From Bifidobacteriaceae bacterium (GTDB lineage Bacteria > Actinomycetota > Actinomycetes > Actinomycetales > WQXJ01), in NCBI GenBank assembly GCA_031278655.1, contig JAITJZ010000137.1, positions 4,310-68,309 of the forward strand: DNA of 64,000 bases, written 5' to 3'. The translations under genes and the position numbers were made by a program. Below the pieces are notes generated by a model that had not been told where the DNA came from, did no database searches, and was given only the letters and a program-made list of their open reading frames with translations. This document shows, piece by piece, positions 17,460 to 26,168 of this stretch. Position 1 is the stretch's first letter. Each line of letters starts with the position of its first letter.

Positions 17460-18332
17460 CTACCGGGCGGCGGGGAACTCCTGGCGCAGGCGTTCCAGGA
17501 TGGCGGCGTTGGCTTGGTCGGCGGTCTCGTGCCAACCGAAGACACAGACAGAGAGCACGCCGTCGAAGCCGACCGCGCGCAGGGCGGCGAAGACCTCCTC
17601 CCAGGGGACCTCCCCTTGCCCAATGCGGTTGTGCTGGTGGACGCGCGCGTCCACGCCCGGCGGGTTGAGGATATAGCGGTTGCCGTCGTTAGCCCGGTGG
17701 TTGTACGAATCCGCGACGTGGACCTCGCGCAGCAAGGGGGCGGCGTCGCGGATCATCCGCCCGGCGTCGCCGGCGCCGTCCGAGAGATGGAATGTGTGCG
17801 GGCAGCAGTACTCGTATCCGATCCACGGCCGGTCCGCCCCGCGGACAACCGCGTAAGCGTCATCGTGACGTTCCACGAAGTCATAGGGGTGGGCCTCCAG
17901 GTTCAGCCGGATTCCATAGCGTTCGAAGACCGGGGCCAGCTCCTCGATGGAGCGGTACCACTGCTGCTCGCAGCGGCGCGGGGTGTTCGGGTCGCCGGAG
18001 AACTCGGAGGTGACCTCGCGGCAGTCGAGCTGGTCGGCCAGCTCGAGCAGGCGGCGCCAATTGCGGACCTGCGCCTGGCGTTCCGCCTCGTCGGCGCTGG
18101 ACCAGTCGAAAACCGGGTTCAAAGTGCGCACCCGCACGCCGGTTTCCTTTTGGGCGCGGTTCAACTCCGCCACAAAGGCGGCGTCGGCTTTCGGGTAACG
18201 GTGCCAGAAGTGGAACTCGGCGTTGGGTGACAACTCCACAAAACCGAACCCCAGCTGACGGGCCTTGTGCAGGGTCTGGGCGGTCGGCATCGTGCGGAAA
18301 TACATATTCGGGTCGAGCGCTATGTCCACCAT
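17460..18332 (-). CDS. Sugar phosphate isomerase/epimerase (xylose-isomerase-like TIM barrel), IolH-like
   Basis: MVDIALDPNMYF...FVELSPN...NLEAHPYDFVE...NPPGVDARVHQHNRIGQGEVPWEEVF resembles Bacillus IolH as I recall it. The track ORF 17460..19079 is run-through, and the true ATG is at 18332. Confidence 0.7.
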   Translation of the reverse strand: MVDIALDPNMYFRTMPTAQTLHKARQLGFGFVELSPNAEFHFWHRYPKADAAFVAELNRAQKETGVRVRTLNPVFDWSSADEAERQAQVRNWRRLLELADQLDCREVTSEFSGDPNTPRRCEQQWYRSIEELAPVFERYGIRLNLEAHPYDFVERHDDAYAVVRGADRPWIGYEYCCPHTFHLSDGAGDAGRMIRDAAPLLREVHVADSYNHRANDGNRYILNPPGVDARVHQHNRIGQGEVPWEEVFAALRAVGFDGVLSVCVFGWHETADQANAAILERLRQEFPAAR

Positions 18333-18349
18333 TGGTCTGCCCCGTCCGT

Positions 18350-19354
18350 TCAGGCGTACAACGCCGGTTTGGCGATCAGCTCGACCGGCTCCAGGCCGCC
18401 CGAGGCCAGCGCCCGCAGACCGGCGTCGCAAACCGCCGCGGCGGCGTAACCGTCCCAGGCGGTCGGGCCGGTCTGGCGGCCGGCCGCGACGGCGTTGATC
18501 CAGGCTTGCAGCTCGGCCGCGAAGGCCTGGCCGAAACGCTGGTTGTGGTCCGCCGTCAGCCGATGCCGCGCGCCGGCCGCGTCCCGCCGGACGGTCGCGC
18601 TCTGGTCCGCCAGGGCGACGGTCCCGGCCTCGAGGACGACCTCGCAGCGGATGTCGTAGGCGTACTGGATGTTGACGAAGACCTCGTCGTATGCGATCAC
18701 CCCCGACTCGGTGACCAGCGCCAACACCAGCGGATCGGCCAGGTGCGGGAACCGGCGGGAAGTCGGGCGCGGCTGGTCGACGCGGACGGCGGCGATCTCC
18801 TCGCCGAGCAGCCAGCGCATGGTGTCGATCTCGTGGATGGCGGTGTCGTTGATGGCCATGTCGGCGGTGTAGGACTGGGGCACGGTGGGGTTGCGGTGCC
18901 GGTTGTGGACTATCAGCGGGCGGCCGAGTTCGCCCGCCGCGATGGCCTCTTTGATCTCGTTGTAGCCGCGGTCGAAGCGCCGCATGAAGCCGACTGTGAC
19001 GACCTTGGCGCCGGCGCGGGCCTCGGCCTCCATGATCCGGACGCAGCCCGCCGCCGTCGGCGCCAACGGCTTTTCGCACAGAACCGGTTTGCCGGCGGCG
19101 ATGGCGGCGGTGACGGTGGCCTCGTGGGCGGGGCCGAAGCTGGCCACCAAGACCGCGTCGACCTCCGGCGCGGCCACCAGTTGCGCGTCGTCGGCGTAGA
19201 CCGCCGCGCCCAGCGGCGCCGCCACCCGTTCGGCCCTGGCTTGGTCGATGTCGTTGACGGCGGCGATCCGCCCGCCGGCGAGTTCCGTCCGGATGCGGGC
19301 GACGTGGGCCTGGCCCATCCCGCCGACTCCCACAATTCCAATGTTCACGGTCAT
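18350..19354 (-). CDS. iolG: Gfo/Idh/MocA-family oxidoreductase, inositol 2-dehydrogenase-like
   Basis: [18 protein letters not shown] is a Rossmann motif. Also [15 protein letters not shown] and [16 protein letters not shown] at 19354 follows AAGGAGA. Confidence 0.8.
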   Translation of the reverse strand: MTVNIGIVGVGGMGQAHVARIRTELAGGRIAAVNDIDQARAERVAAPLGAAVYADDAQLVAAPEVDAVLVASFGPAHEATVTAAIAAGKPVLCEKPLAPTAAGCVRIMEAEARAGAKVVTVGFMRRFDRGYNEIKEAIAAGELGRPLIVHNRHRNPTVPQSYTADMAINDTAIHEIDTMRWLLGEEIAAVRVDQPRPTSRRFPHLADPLVLALVTESGVIAYDEVFVNIQYAYDIRCEVVLEAGTVALADQSATVRRDAAGARHRLTADHNQRFGQAFAAELQAWINAVAAGRQTGPTAWDGYAAAAVCDAGLRALASGGLEPVELIAKPALYA

Positions 19355-19434
19355 AGTTGTCTCCTTGTCGCAGTTGTCAGGGTTGTCGCGGTTGTCGCGG
19401 TTGTCGCGGTTGTCAGGGTTGTCGCGGTTGTCAT
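19351..19434 (-). other. Possible 27-codon Thr/Ala-rich upstream mini-ORF generated by the 9-bp repeat (hypothetical)
   Basis: Minus-strand ATG at 19434-19432, then (ACA ACC GCG/CTG)n, giving [27 protein letters not shown]. Its TGA (19353-19351) overlaps the iolG ATG (19354-19352) as ATGA. No convincing Shine-Dalgarno lies ahead of its ATG. Confidence 0.2.
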
Positions 19435-19458
19435 GATCGCGGTTGCCGCGGCCGTCAG
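19355..19458. repeat. Intergenic tandem 9-bp repeat (about 11 units of GTTGTCRSG) between iolE and iolG
   Basis: Read directly: agttgtctc cttgtcgca gttgtcagg gttgtcgcg x3 gttgtcagg gttgtcgcg gttgtcatg ... gttgccgcg gccgtcagg. Confidence 0.9.
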
Positions 19459-19481
19459 GCCGGCGGCGGCGGGCGGCGGCG

Positions 19482-20408
19482 TCACAGCTGGCCGAGCCCG
19501 CAGGTGGCCAGGAACTCGCGGGTGGCGATGGCGTTGGGCAGCGGGAAGGCCGGGTCGGCCGGGTAGAGGTCCTGCTCGCAGATGACGTAGAGCGGCTTGT
19601 TCAGACCCGCCAGGGCGTCGATCAGGAGTTTCATGTCCGGCTCGCCGGCCGGCGGGGTGACCGAGGCGCCGCGCGCGACCGCCTCCCCGAAGGGCCAGTC
19701 CTCGTCATGGGCCTGCTTGACCAGGGCCGGGTCGAAGGCCTTGATGTGGACGTAGGCGATCCGCTCGGGGTATTGGCGGACCATGGCGACCGGGTCGCCG
19801 CCGCCGTAGACGATGTGCCCGGTGTCGAGGCACAGATTGACGTAGTCCGGGTCGGTGGCGGCGAAAACACGGGCGATGTCGTCCGGGGTCTCGATGTGCG
19901 AGTCGCCGTGCGGGTGGAGCACCATTTTGAGACCGTAATCGTCCTTCAGCATGCGGCCGAGCCGGTTGGCGTTGTCGACGTAGAGACGCCAAGCCTCAGG
20001 CGTCAGCACGCGGTCGTCGGTGAACTCCCAGGTCTTGTCCGAGCGGAAAAGCGGCGGCAGGTGGACTATGTACTCCGCGCCGACCTCGGCGTGGACCTCG
20101 GCGATGGCGCGGAAGGTCTTCTCCGTCTCCGGCCAGGCCTCGGCCCGGTGCAAGATTCCCCAGCCCGTGCCCGCGACAACTCTGAAGCCGTGGGCGTCCA
20201 TGGCCCGCCGCAGAGCCTTCGGGTCTTTGGGGAAGTAGCCGAAGGGACCGGTCTCCATGACCGAGAAGCCCGCCTCGGCCATTTCCGCGAGCGCCTGTTG
20301 CCAAGGGATCTGTTTGTCGTCATCGGGAAACCAGACCCCCCACTGGTCGGGGCAGACGCCGATCGTCAAGTTGTTGTACGGGGCAATTGGGTTGAGTGCT
20401 TTGGTCAT
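19482..20408 (-). CDS. iolE: Inosose dehydratase-like TIM-barrel protein
   Basis: [45 protein letters not shown] parallels the IolE N-terminus (W..DD.P ... AGF.g.E.g.f.P). ATG at 20408 follows GAGGAA. The longer track ORF is run-through. Confidence 0.75.
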   Translation of the reverse strand: MTKALNPIAPYNNLTIGVCPDQWGVWFPDDDKQIPWQQALAEMAEAGFSVMETGPFGYFPKDPKALRRAMDAHGFRVVAGTGWGILHRAEAWPETEKTFRAIAEVHAEVGAEYIVHLPPLFRSDKTWEFTDDRVLTPEAWRLYVDNANRLGRMLKDDYGLKMVLHPHGDSHIETPDDIARVFAATDPDYVNLCLDTGHIVYGGGDPVAMVRQYPERIAYVHIKAFDPALVKQAHDEDWPFGEAVARGASVTPPAGEPDMKLLIDALAGLNKPLYVICEQDLYPADPAFPLPNAIATREFLATCGLGQL

Positions 20409-20509
20409 GGTTGTTCCTCTCGGTTGGTGAAACCGCCGCCCCGGGCGGGCGGCGCTGGCGGAGGCGGTCCCCCGGCCCGGCCGGGCGGCATCGGGCAGGG
20501 GGAAGGCGG

Positions 20510-22099
20510 TCAATCCCCGATGGCGCGGGAGTATTTTTGGCGGAACGCCAGCTCGAGCCGCTCCAAGCTGGCGCCTTTGGTCTCGGGGACGGCTTTGATG
20601 TAGAACACCAGCGCCACGATGTTGATCAGGCCGAAGGCCGCGTAGGTCGTGACCGGGCCAAGCCGGGAGATCATCACCGGGAAGGCGAAGGTGATGATGG
20701 CGTTGGTGACCCAGACGGCGGCCACGCCGACGCCCATGGCCGAGCCCCGGATCGAGGCCGGGTACAGCTCGGCCTGGAGCACCCACATGACGGTGCCGGA
20801 TTGTTTGACGAACACGAACACCGACACCAAGATCAGCACCAGCCAGGGCGCGTAGGCCGGGGCGCCGGCCAGGGCGCCGTCGCCGTCCAAGAACGGCGCG
20901 ATCCCGATGGCGAAGGTGGCGGCCAGCGCCAGGAGGCAGACCGAGACCCCGGCCTCTTGGTAGATGCCGACGTGGCGGCGGGCGAACTTGGCGATCAGGA
21001 TGAAGCCGATGGCGGACCCGACGAAGGACGCGGCGCCGGTGACAACATTGAGGCTGATCGAGTCCATGGATGAGAACCCGGCCGCCCGCAGGATTGTGGG
21101 GAGGTAGTACATGGCGGTGTTGATGCCGGTCAGCTGGTCGAAGACGCCAAGGCCCACGCCGATGAACAGGATGCGGCGAGTCCACCTGACGGCCAGCACC
21201 TGTCTCAGCGTCAAGCTGCGGCGGGCCTCTTGGCGGTGCAGGTCGACCATCTGGTCGATTTCCCCGGCGACGTCGTCTTTGGCGTCATCGCGCACCCGTT
21301 TGAGGCATCCGATCGCATCGACGAAGCGGAGGTTGGCGGCGTGCCAACGCGACGATTCCGGCATCATGCGCATCAGAATCCACAGCGCGACGGCCGGGAT
21401 GGTGGCCATCACCAGCATCCAGCGCCAGGTGGCGCCGTTGCCGCCGGCGACCACCAGGCCGTCGATGGACCCAAGGACGTCCCAGGAGACTTCCTCGCCG
21501 GGCTGGTAAACGCCGCTCGGGTCGTGTTCGACGACCGCCGCCGGGCCGCCCGTCCCGCGGGCGATGGCCGCGTTCACGCTGTAGGCCAGCAACTGCCCGC
21601 CAACGATCATGAACTGGTCGATCGCCACCAGCGGCCCGCGAATGCGGGCCGGGGCGGTCTCCGAGAGGTAGGCCGGAACCGTCGCCGCGGCCCCGCCGAC
21701 AGCGAATCCGAGCACCAGCCGCGCCGGGTAGAGAACCCATAAGCTCGGCGCCAGCGAGCAGCCCAGCGCTCCCACCAGGAACACGATCGCCAGCAGCAAG
21801 ACATTGTGGCGCCGCCCGTAGCGGTCCGAGAGCCGCCCGCCGAAGAACGCGCCGAAGGCGGCGCCGACCGCGATCAGGCCGCCCACCAAGCCGGTCTCGA
21901 CATCGTTCAGCCCCAGGCCGCCGCCCGCTTGGGGCAGGTTCAGATACGGCAACGCGCCGGCGATGACGCCGGTGTCGTAGCCGAACAGCAGCGATCCCAG
22001 CGTCACGGCCGCCGCGATGAATCCCAGCGATCGCCGTTTGCCAGAGGCGGGGGTGGCGGCCACAAGCGCTCGAACTTCTTCCTGAGTCGGCGTCGACAT
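20510..22099 (-). CDS. MFS sugar-porter family transporter (inositol/sugar:H+ symporter-like)
   Basis: LLFGYDTGVIAGAL, GGRLSDRYGRR and PAYLSETAPARIRG are sugar-porter signatures, plus PESSRW and a second 6-TM half. Confidence 0.85.
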   Translation of the reverse strand: MSTPTQEEVRALVAATPASGKRRSLGFIAAAVTLGSLLFGYDTGVIAGALPYLNLPQAGGGLGLNDVETGLVGGLIAVGAAFGAFFGGRLSDRYGRRHNVLLLAIVFLVGALGCSLAPSLWVLYPARLVLGFAVGGAAATVPAYLSETAPARIRGPLVAIDQFMIVGGQLLAYSVNAAIARGTGGPAAVVEHDPSGVYQPGEEVSWDVLGSIDGLVVAGGNGATWRWMLVMATIPAVALWILMRMMPESSRWHAANLRFVDAIGCLKRVRDDAKDDVAGEIDQMVDLHRQEARRSLTLRQVLAVRWTRRILFIGVGLGVFDQLTGINTAMYYLPTILRAAGFSSMDSISLNVVTGAASFVGSAIGFILIAKFARRHVGIYQEAGVSVCLLALAATFAIGIAPFLDGDGALAGAPAYAPWLVLILVSVFVFVKQSGTVMWVLQAELYPASIRGSAMGVGVAAVWVTNAIITFAFPVMISRLGPVTTYAAFGLINIVALVFYIKAVPETKGASLERLELAFRQKYSRAIGD

Positions 22100-22171
22100 C
22101 GTGAATCCATTCCCCGGCGGTCATCGCCGGTCCGGTCAGGCGGGCGCCAGCGCCCGCTTCAGCTATTTGAC

Positions 22172-22200
22172 TAGAGCGCTCTACTAGAGCGCGCTACTAG
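22172..22200. promoter_or_regulatory. Candidate operator: perfect 12-bp palindrome TAGAGCGCTCTA plus an adjacent near-copy, just downstream of a TTGACA -35-like hexamer, upstream of the MFS gene
   Basis: The sequence is ctagagcgctcta ctagagcgcgcta ctag. On the gene strand a TTGACA (22229-22224) and a TAACCT/TGTAAC -10-like element sit immediately upstream. The central A-N-CG-N-T is LacI-operator-like, and a LacI gene ends the same gene string. Confidence 0.4.
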
Positions 22201-22321
22201 GTTACAGCCAACGTCACCGGCTTTGTCAAGACAAATTCACCAGGAATTTCCGAAGCCCGCCCATCCCGGGTCCGCCCCCCAAACCCTCGCCCCCCAACGG
22301 CATCGGCGGGCGTCACCGCGC

Positions 22322-23221
22322 TCACCGCGCGTCGCGGCCCTCGAAGGGGCACGGGGGCAAGGTCCACGAGCGCTCGTCAGTGATTGAGAACAGCTCGCGG
22401 CGGCGCTTGATGCGGGCACGCTCTCCCGCCGGATCGGGGCTCGGCACGCAGGCCAGAAGCTCCTGGGTGTAAGGGTGGCTGGGAGATTCGACCACCGCCG
22501 CAGTCGGTCCGGCCTCCACGATCTGACCGCCGTACATGACGATCACGGAATGGCAAGTCTGGGCGACTACCGCCAAGTCGTGGGAGATCAGGATGTAGGC
22601 GGTCTGAGTCTCACGCTGGATTCTGGCCAACAGCTCAAGGATCTCCGCCTGAATGGTGACGTCGAGCGAAGACACCGGCTCGTCGAGGGCGATGAACTCC
22701 GGCTTGAGCATCAGCGCGCGAGCGATCGCTATGCGCTGGCGCTGGCCGCCGGAGAACTCGTGCGGGAAGCGCCCCAAGACGCTTTGCGGCAGGTAGACCT
22801 CGTCCAGGACCTCTCGCACGCGCTCGCGGGCGTCCATCTTGGCGCCGGTCACGATCAGGGGTTCGCGCAGCAGGTCGCTGACCGTCATGCGGGGGTCGAG
22901 CGACGAGTACGGGTCCTGGAAAACCACGCCGATGCGCCGCCAGAACGCCCGCCTGGCCGCGCGGTCGCGGTAATCGAGGGCCGACCCCTCAAAGTAGACC
23001 GCGCCGCCAGTCGGCTCATACAGCCCGAGCACGGTGCGCAGCAACGTCGTCTTGCCGGAGCCGGATTCGCCGACGATGCCCAGGGTCTCGCCGCCCGTCA
23101 ACTCGAAGGAGGCGCAGCAGACGGCGTGAATGGTGTGACGGCGCTGGAACAGCCGATGGGTCTGGAAGTGTTTGGTCAGCCGGTCGACCCGAAGGAGGCT
23201 GCCTCCACCCGGAACGGTCAC
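22322..23221 (-). CDS. Oligopeptide/dipeptide-type ABC transporter ATP-binding protein (OppF/DppF-like)
   Basis: GIVGESGSGKTT is Walker A, FSGGQRQRIAIARAL is the signature motif and FIALDEPVSSLD is Walker B. An Opp-type C-terminal extension is present. The GTG start overlaps the upstream stop. Confidence 0.9.
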   Translation of the reverse strand: MTVPGGGSLLRVDRLTKHFQTHRLFQRRHTIHAVCCASFELTGGETLGIVGESGSGKTTLLRTVLGLYEPTGGAVYFEGSALDYRDRAARRAFWRRIGVVFQDPYSSLDPRMTVSDLLREPLIVTGAKMDARERVREVLDEVYLPQSVLGRFPHEFSGGQRQRIAIARALMLKPEFIALDEPVSSLDVTIQAEILELLARIQRETQTAYILISHDLAVVAQTCHSVIVMYGGQIVEAGPTAAVVESPSHPYTQELLACVPSPDPAGERARIKRRRELFSITDERSWTLPPCPFEGRDAR

Positions 23222-25104
23222 GGTCCGCCCCGCCTCTCCAGCCGGGGGATCTTCGCCAACAGGGAGCGGGTGTAGGGGTGGCTCGGGTGGGCGAACAGAG
23301 AGTCGGCGTCCGCCGACTCAACAACCAAGCCATCTTTCATCACCACAACCCGGTCGACCAATCCGGCCACCAGCGCCAGATCGTGCGTGATGAACACCAT
23401 CGCGGCGCCGACCGACGCGCGGGCCTCTTCGAGGGTGTCAAGGACGCGGGCTTGGACGGTCACGTCAAGGGCGGTGGTCGGCTCGTCCGCGATGATCAGC
23501 TTGGGCTGGGCCACAATTGCCAGGCCGATGACGACCCGTTGCCGCATGCCGCCGGACAGCTCGTGCGGGTACTGGTACAGCCGTTGGCCGGGGTTGTTGA
23601 TGCCGACGCGCTCCAGTATTTCCGCCGCCCTTCGCTTCAACTCCTGATCAGCCAGCTTCTCCGAGCTGAGGGCCTGCATGGTCTCTTTGAAGTGGTGGAA
23701 GACAGTCAGCACTGGGTTCAGGCTGGTCATCGGGTCTTGCAGGATGATGCTCACTTTGCGGCCGCGCACCGTCCGCCACCCGGCGTAGTCCAAGCCCGTC
23801 AACGCCTGGCCGTCAAAGGTGATGGAGCCGCTGACTTGGGCTCCGGCCGGGAGCAGGCCGACGACCGAAGACACCGTCATCGTCTTGCCGGAGCCGGATT
23901 CGCCCACCAAAGCCACAATCTCGCCGGGGGCGAGCCGCAGCGACAGATCGTCAACGGCCACAACTCCCTCTCGGGGGAACTCAACCCGAAGGTGCTCGAT
24001 CTCGAGCACCGGCCCGGCCGCGGCCAAAGCGCCCGCGCCTGGCGGGTCCGCCCCGGCCGGCCCGTCCGCGGGCTCCGCCGCGAGCGCGACCCGCGCCGGG
24101 TCCGGATCGACCGCCGCCGCTGGCGCCTTCGACCGCCCGCCACCCGCCGCAGACCTGCGCCGGGCGCGTTTGCCCAGGTAATTGTTGGTGGCGCGGTGAG
24201 GATTGAGGGCTTGGCGGAGCGACTCGCCCAAGAAGTTGATCGCCAGCACGAAGACGATGATCGCCAGGCCGGGGAAGTAGAACGTCCAAGGCCGAGTCAT
24301 GGCCGAGTCCTTTGCGTTCGACACCAGCAGACCCAGGGACGTGTCGGGCGCGCGGATGCCAAAACCGAGGAACGACAATCCGGACTCAGCCAGCACCGCC
24401 GTGCCGACCAGCAGTGTCACCGAAACGATGACCTGGTCCAGAACGTTCGGCAGGACGTGGCGGACCATGATTCTCAGGTTCGAAGACCCCATCAAGACGG
24501 CCGCGTCAACATACAACTCGCCCCGGATCGCCGTTGACACCCCTCTGACCAGCCGGGCCATCGAGGTCCACAAGAGCGCCGCCAGCACCAGCGACAGCGT
24601 CAGCGTGGAGACACCGACGCCCGACAGCCGAGAACCGAGGAAGCTGGCCAACGCCATCGACGGAATGGTCAGGATCAGGTCGACGACGCGCATGATGACG
24701 CTGTCGACGCCGCCCCCTTTGAAACCCGCCAGCATGCCGCCGATGACGCCCAGCAAGGTCGCCGGGACCGCCACCATGAAGGCGATCGACAGCGACTGCC
24801 GCAAGCCGCGCAGAACCAGGGCCAGCATGTCGTGGCCGAGCACGTCTGTGCCGAACGGGTGCGTCGGGGACGGCGGCTGCGTCGGATCAGGGGTGATGTC
24901 GGTGTAGCTGTAGGTCCAGACTGGACCGAGGATGGCCGCCAACACCATCATCAGGACGACTGCCAGCGAGACGATGGCGACCGGGTTGCGCCAGAAGCGG
25001 CGCCTGGCCACAGCCCATGACGACATCGACCGCCCCTGGGCGCGGCGCCCCGGCCGGCCGGGGACGGGCTGGGCGTCAGCGACGCGGGCCTCGAAGTCAG
25101 ACAT
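23218..25104 (-). CDS. Fused ABC transporter permease (DppC/OppC-like) and ATP-binding protein (DppD/OppD-like)
   Basis: The N-terminal roughly 300 aa has an OppC_N-like start (FWRNPVAIVSLAVV) and permease helices. An Ala/Pro/Gly-rich linker follows. Then LVGESGSGKT, LSGGMRQRVVIGLAI and IIADEPTTALD. Confidence 0.85.
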   Translation of the reverse strand: MSDFEARVADAQPVPGRPGRRAQGRSMSSWAVARRRFWRNPVAIVSLAVVLMMVLAAILGPVWTYSYTDITPDPTQPPSPTHPFGTDVLGHDMLALVLRGLRQSLSIAFMVAVPATLLGVIGGMLAGFKGGGVDSVIMRVVDLILTIPSMALASFLGSRLSGVGVSTLTLSLVLAALLWTSMARLVRGVSTAIRGELYVDAAVLMGSSNLRIMVRHVLPNVLDQVIVSVTLLVGTAVLAESGLSFLGFGIRAPDTSLGLLVSNAKDSAMTRPWTFYFPGLAIIVFVLAINFLGESLRQALNPHRATNNYLGKRARRRSAAGGGRSKAPAAAVDPDPARVALAAEPADGPAGADPPGAGALAAAGPVLEIEHLRVEFPREGVVAVDDLSLRLAPGEIVALVGESGSGKTMTVSSVVGLLPAGAQVSGSITFDGQALTGLDYAGWRTVRGRKVSIILQDPMTSLNPVLTVFHHFKETMQALSSEKLADQELKRRAAEILERVGINNPGQRLYQYPHELSGGMRQRVVIGLAIVAQPKLIIADEPTTALDVTVQARVLDTLEEARASVGAAMVFITHDLALVAGLVDRVVVMKDGLVVESADADSLFAHPSHPYTRSLLAKIPRLERRGGP

Positions 25105-26086
25105 GGCCGCTCCGACGCATCCTGGGGTCGACGAACCGGTAGAGGATGTCGGTCAAGAGGTTGAAGATCACCACCGCCGAGGCGGACACCAGCAGCCAGC
25201 CGAGGACGGTGTTGACATCCGAGCGCCGCAAGGCGTCTAACAGCAGCGCGCCCATGCCGTTCCACTGGAAGACCGTCTCGGTGATGATCGCCCCCGAGAA
25301 CAGGCCCGGCAGCTCCAACCCGATGATGGTGATCAGCGGCACCAGGCTGGGCCGGATCACGTGGGAACGCATGACCACCCCGCGGGGAAGGCCGCGCAGA
25401 ATGGCGTACTTGACGTGGTCGGCGTCGAGTTGGTTGATTGTGGCGGTGCGTTGGTACCTGGTCCAAGACGCCAGGTGCACCAGGATCAAGACGATCGTCG
25501 GCAGGATCAGGTGGCCGGCCAGGTCCCCCAGATGGCCCCAGAATCCCTTGATCGGGGGCACTGACTGATAGCCGACGGTGTAGAAGATGCGGTAGCCGCT
25601 GGTCTGGTTGATCCAAATGCCGGCCTGTTTGAGCAGCACGGCCATCCAGAAGCTCGGCAGCGACAGCAGCACGAAGGCGCCGAAGGTCAGCGTCAGGTCG
25701 GGGAATCTGCCTTGTTTGAGGCCTGAGACCAGTCCCGCCAGGACGGCCAGGACGATGGCGACGATCATCGCCACTATCACCAGGCGCAGTGTCACGATGA
25801 CGCGTTCGCCGAGTTCTGAGGCGATGTTCAGAGTTGGAGAGACAGAGGGGCCGAAGTCGCCGGTCAGGACGCCGGTGATCCAGTTGACGTAGCGTTTGGG
25901 CAGAGGCAGGTCAAGCCCCAGCCGGTGTTCCTCGGCGGCGATGACCGACTCGCTGACGGGCGGGTCCTGCTGCCTCATCTCCGCCAACGGGTCCCCGGCC
26001 AGCGACACCAGCAAGAAGATCAACACCGACGACGCGAACAGGACAGCCAGGCTGTTGAGCGCCCTGACGGCGATGCCGCGAACCAC
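25097..26086 (-). CDS. ABC transporter permease (DppB/OppB-like)
   Basis: 329 aa beginning (V)VRGIAVRALNSLAVLFASSVLIFLLVSLAGDP, a typical DppB N-terminus. GTG at 26086 is preceded by AGGAGGAGG. Confidence 0.9.
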   Translation of the reverse strand: MVRGIAVRALNSLAVLFASSVLIFLLVSLAGDPLAEMRQQDPPVSESVIAAEEHRLGLDLPLPKRYVNWITGVLTGDFGPSVSPTLNIASELGERVIVTLRLVIVAMIVAIVLAVLAGLVSGLKQGRFPDLTLTFGAFVLLSLPSFWMAVLLKQAGIWINQTSGYRIFYTVGYQSVPPIKGFWGHLGDLAGHLILPTIVLILVHLASWTRYQRTATINQLDADHVKYAILRGLPRGVVMRSHVIRPSLVPLITIIGLELPGLFSGAIITETVFQWNGMGALLLDALRRSDVNTVLGWLLVSASAVVIFNLLTDILYRFVDPRMRRSGHV

Positions 26087-26168
26087 GCTTGCCTCCTCCT
26101 AGCGATCTCGTCTGGTTGTCGCTTTGCCAACATGAGCCGGGGCGGCGCCCATCTTCGGCCAAAAGAAC

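Noticed and set aside
19355-19458. Possible CRISPR array (also considered for 37401-37454, 58512-58664 and 63248-63309)
   Set aside because: The units are 9-18 bp and directly abutting with no spacers, and no cas genes are present. These are simple tandem repeats.
19357-19566. Plus-strand ORF encoding a CxxC-rich peptide ([26 protein letters not shown]...) across the 9-bp repeat
   Set aside because: The Cys pattern is a by-product of reading the repeat in another frame. The ORF is antisense to the iol operon and runs into the iolE 3' end, with no RBS.
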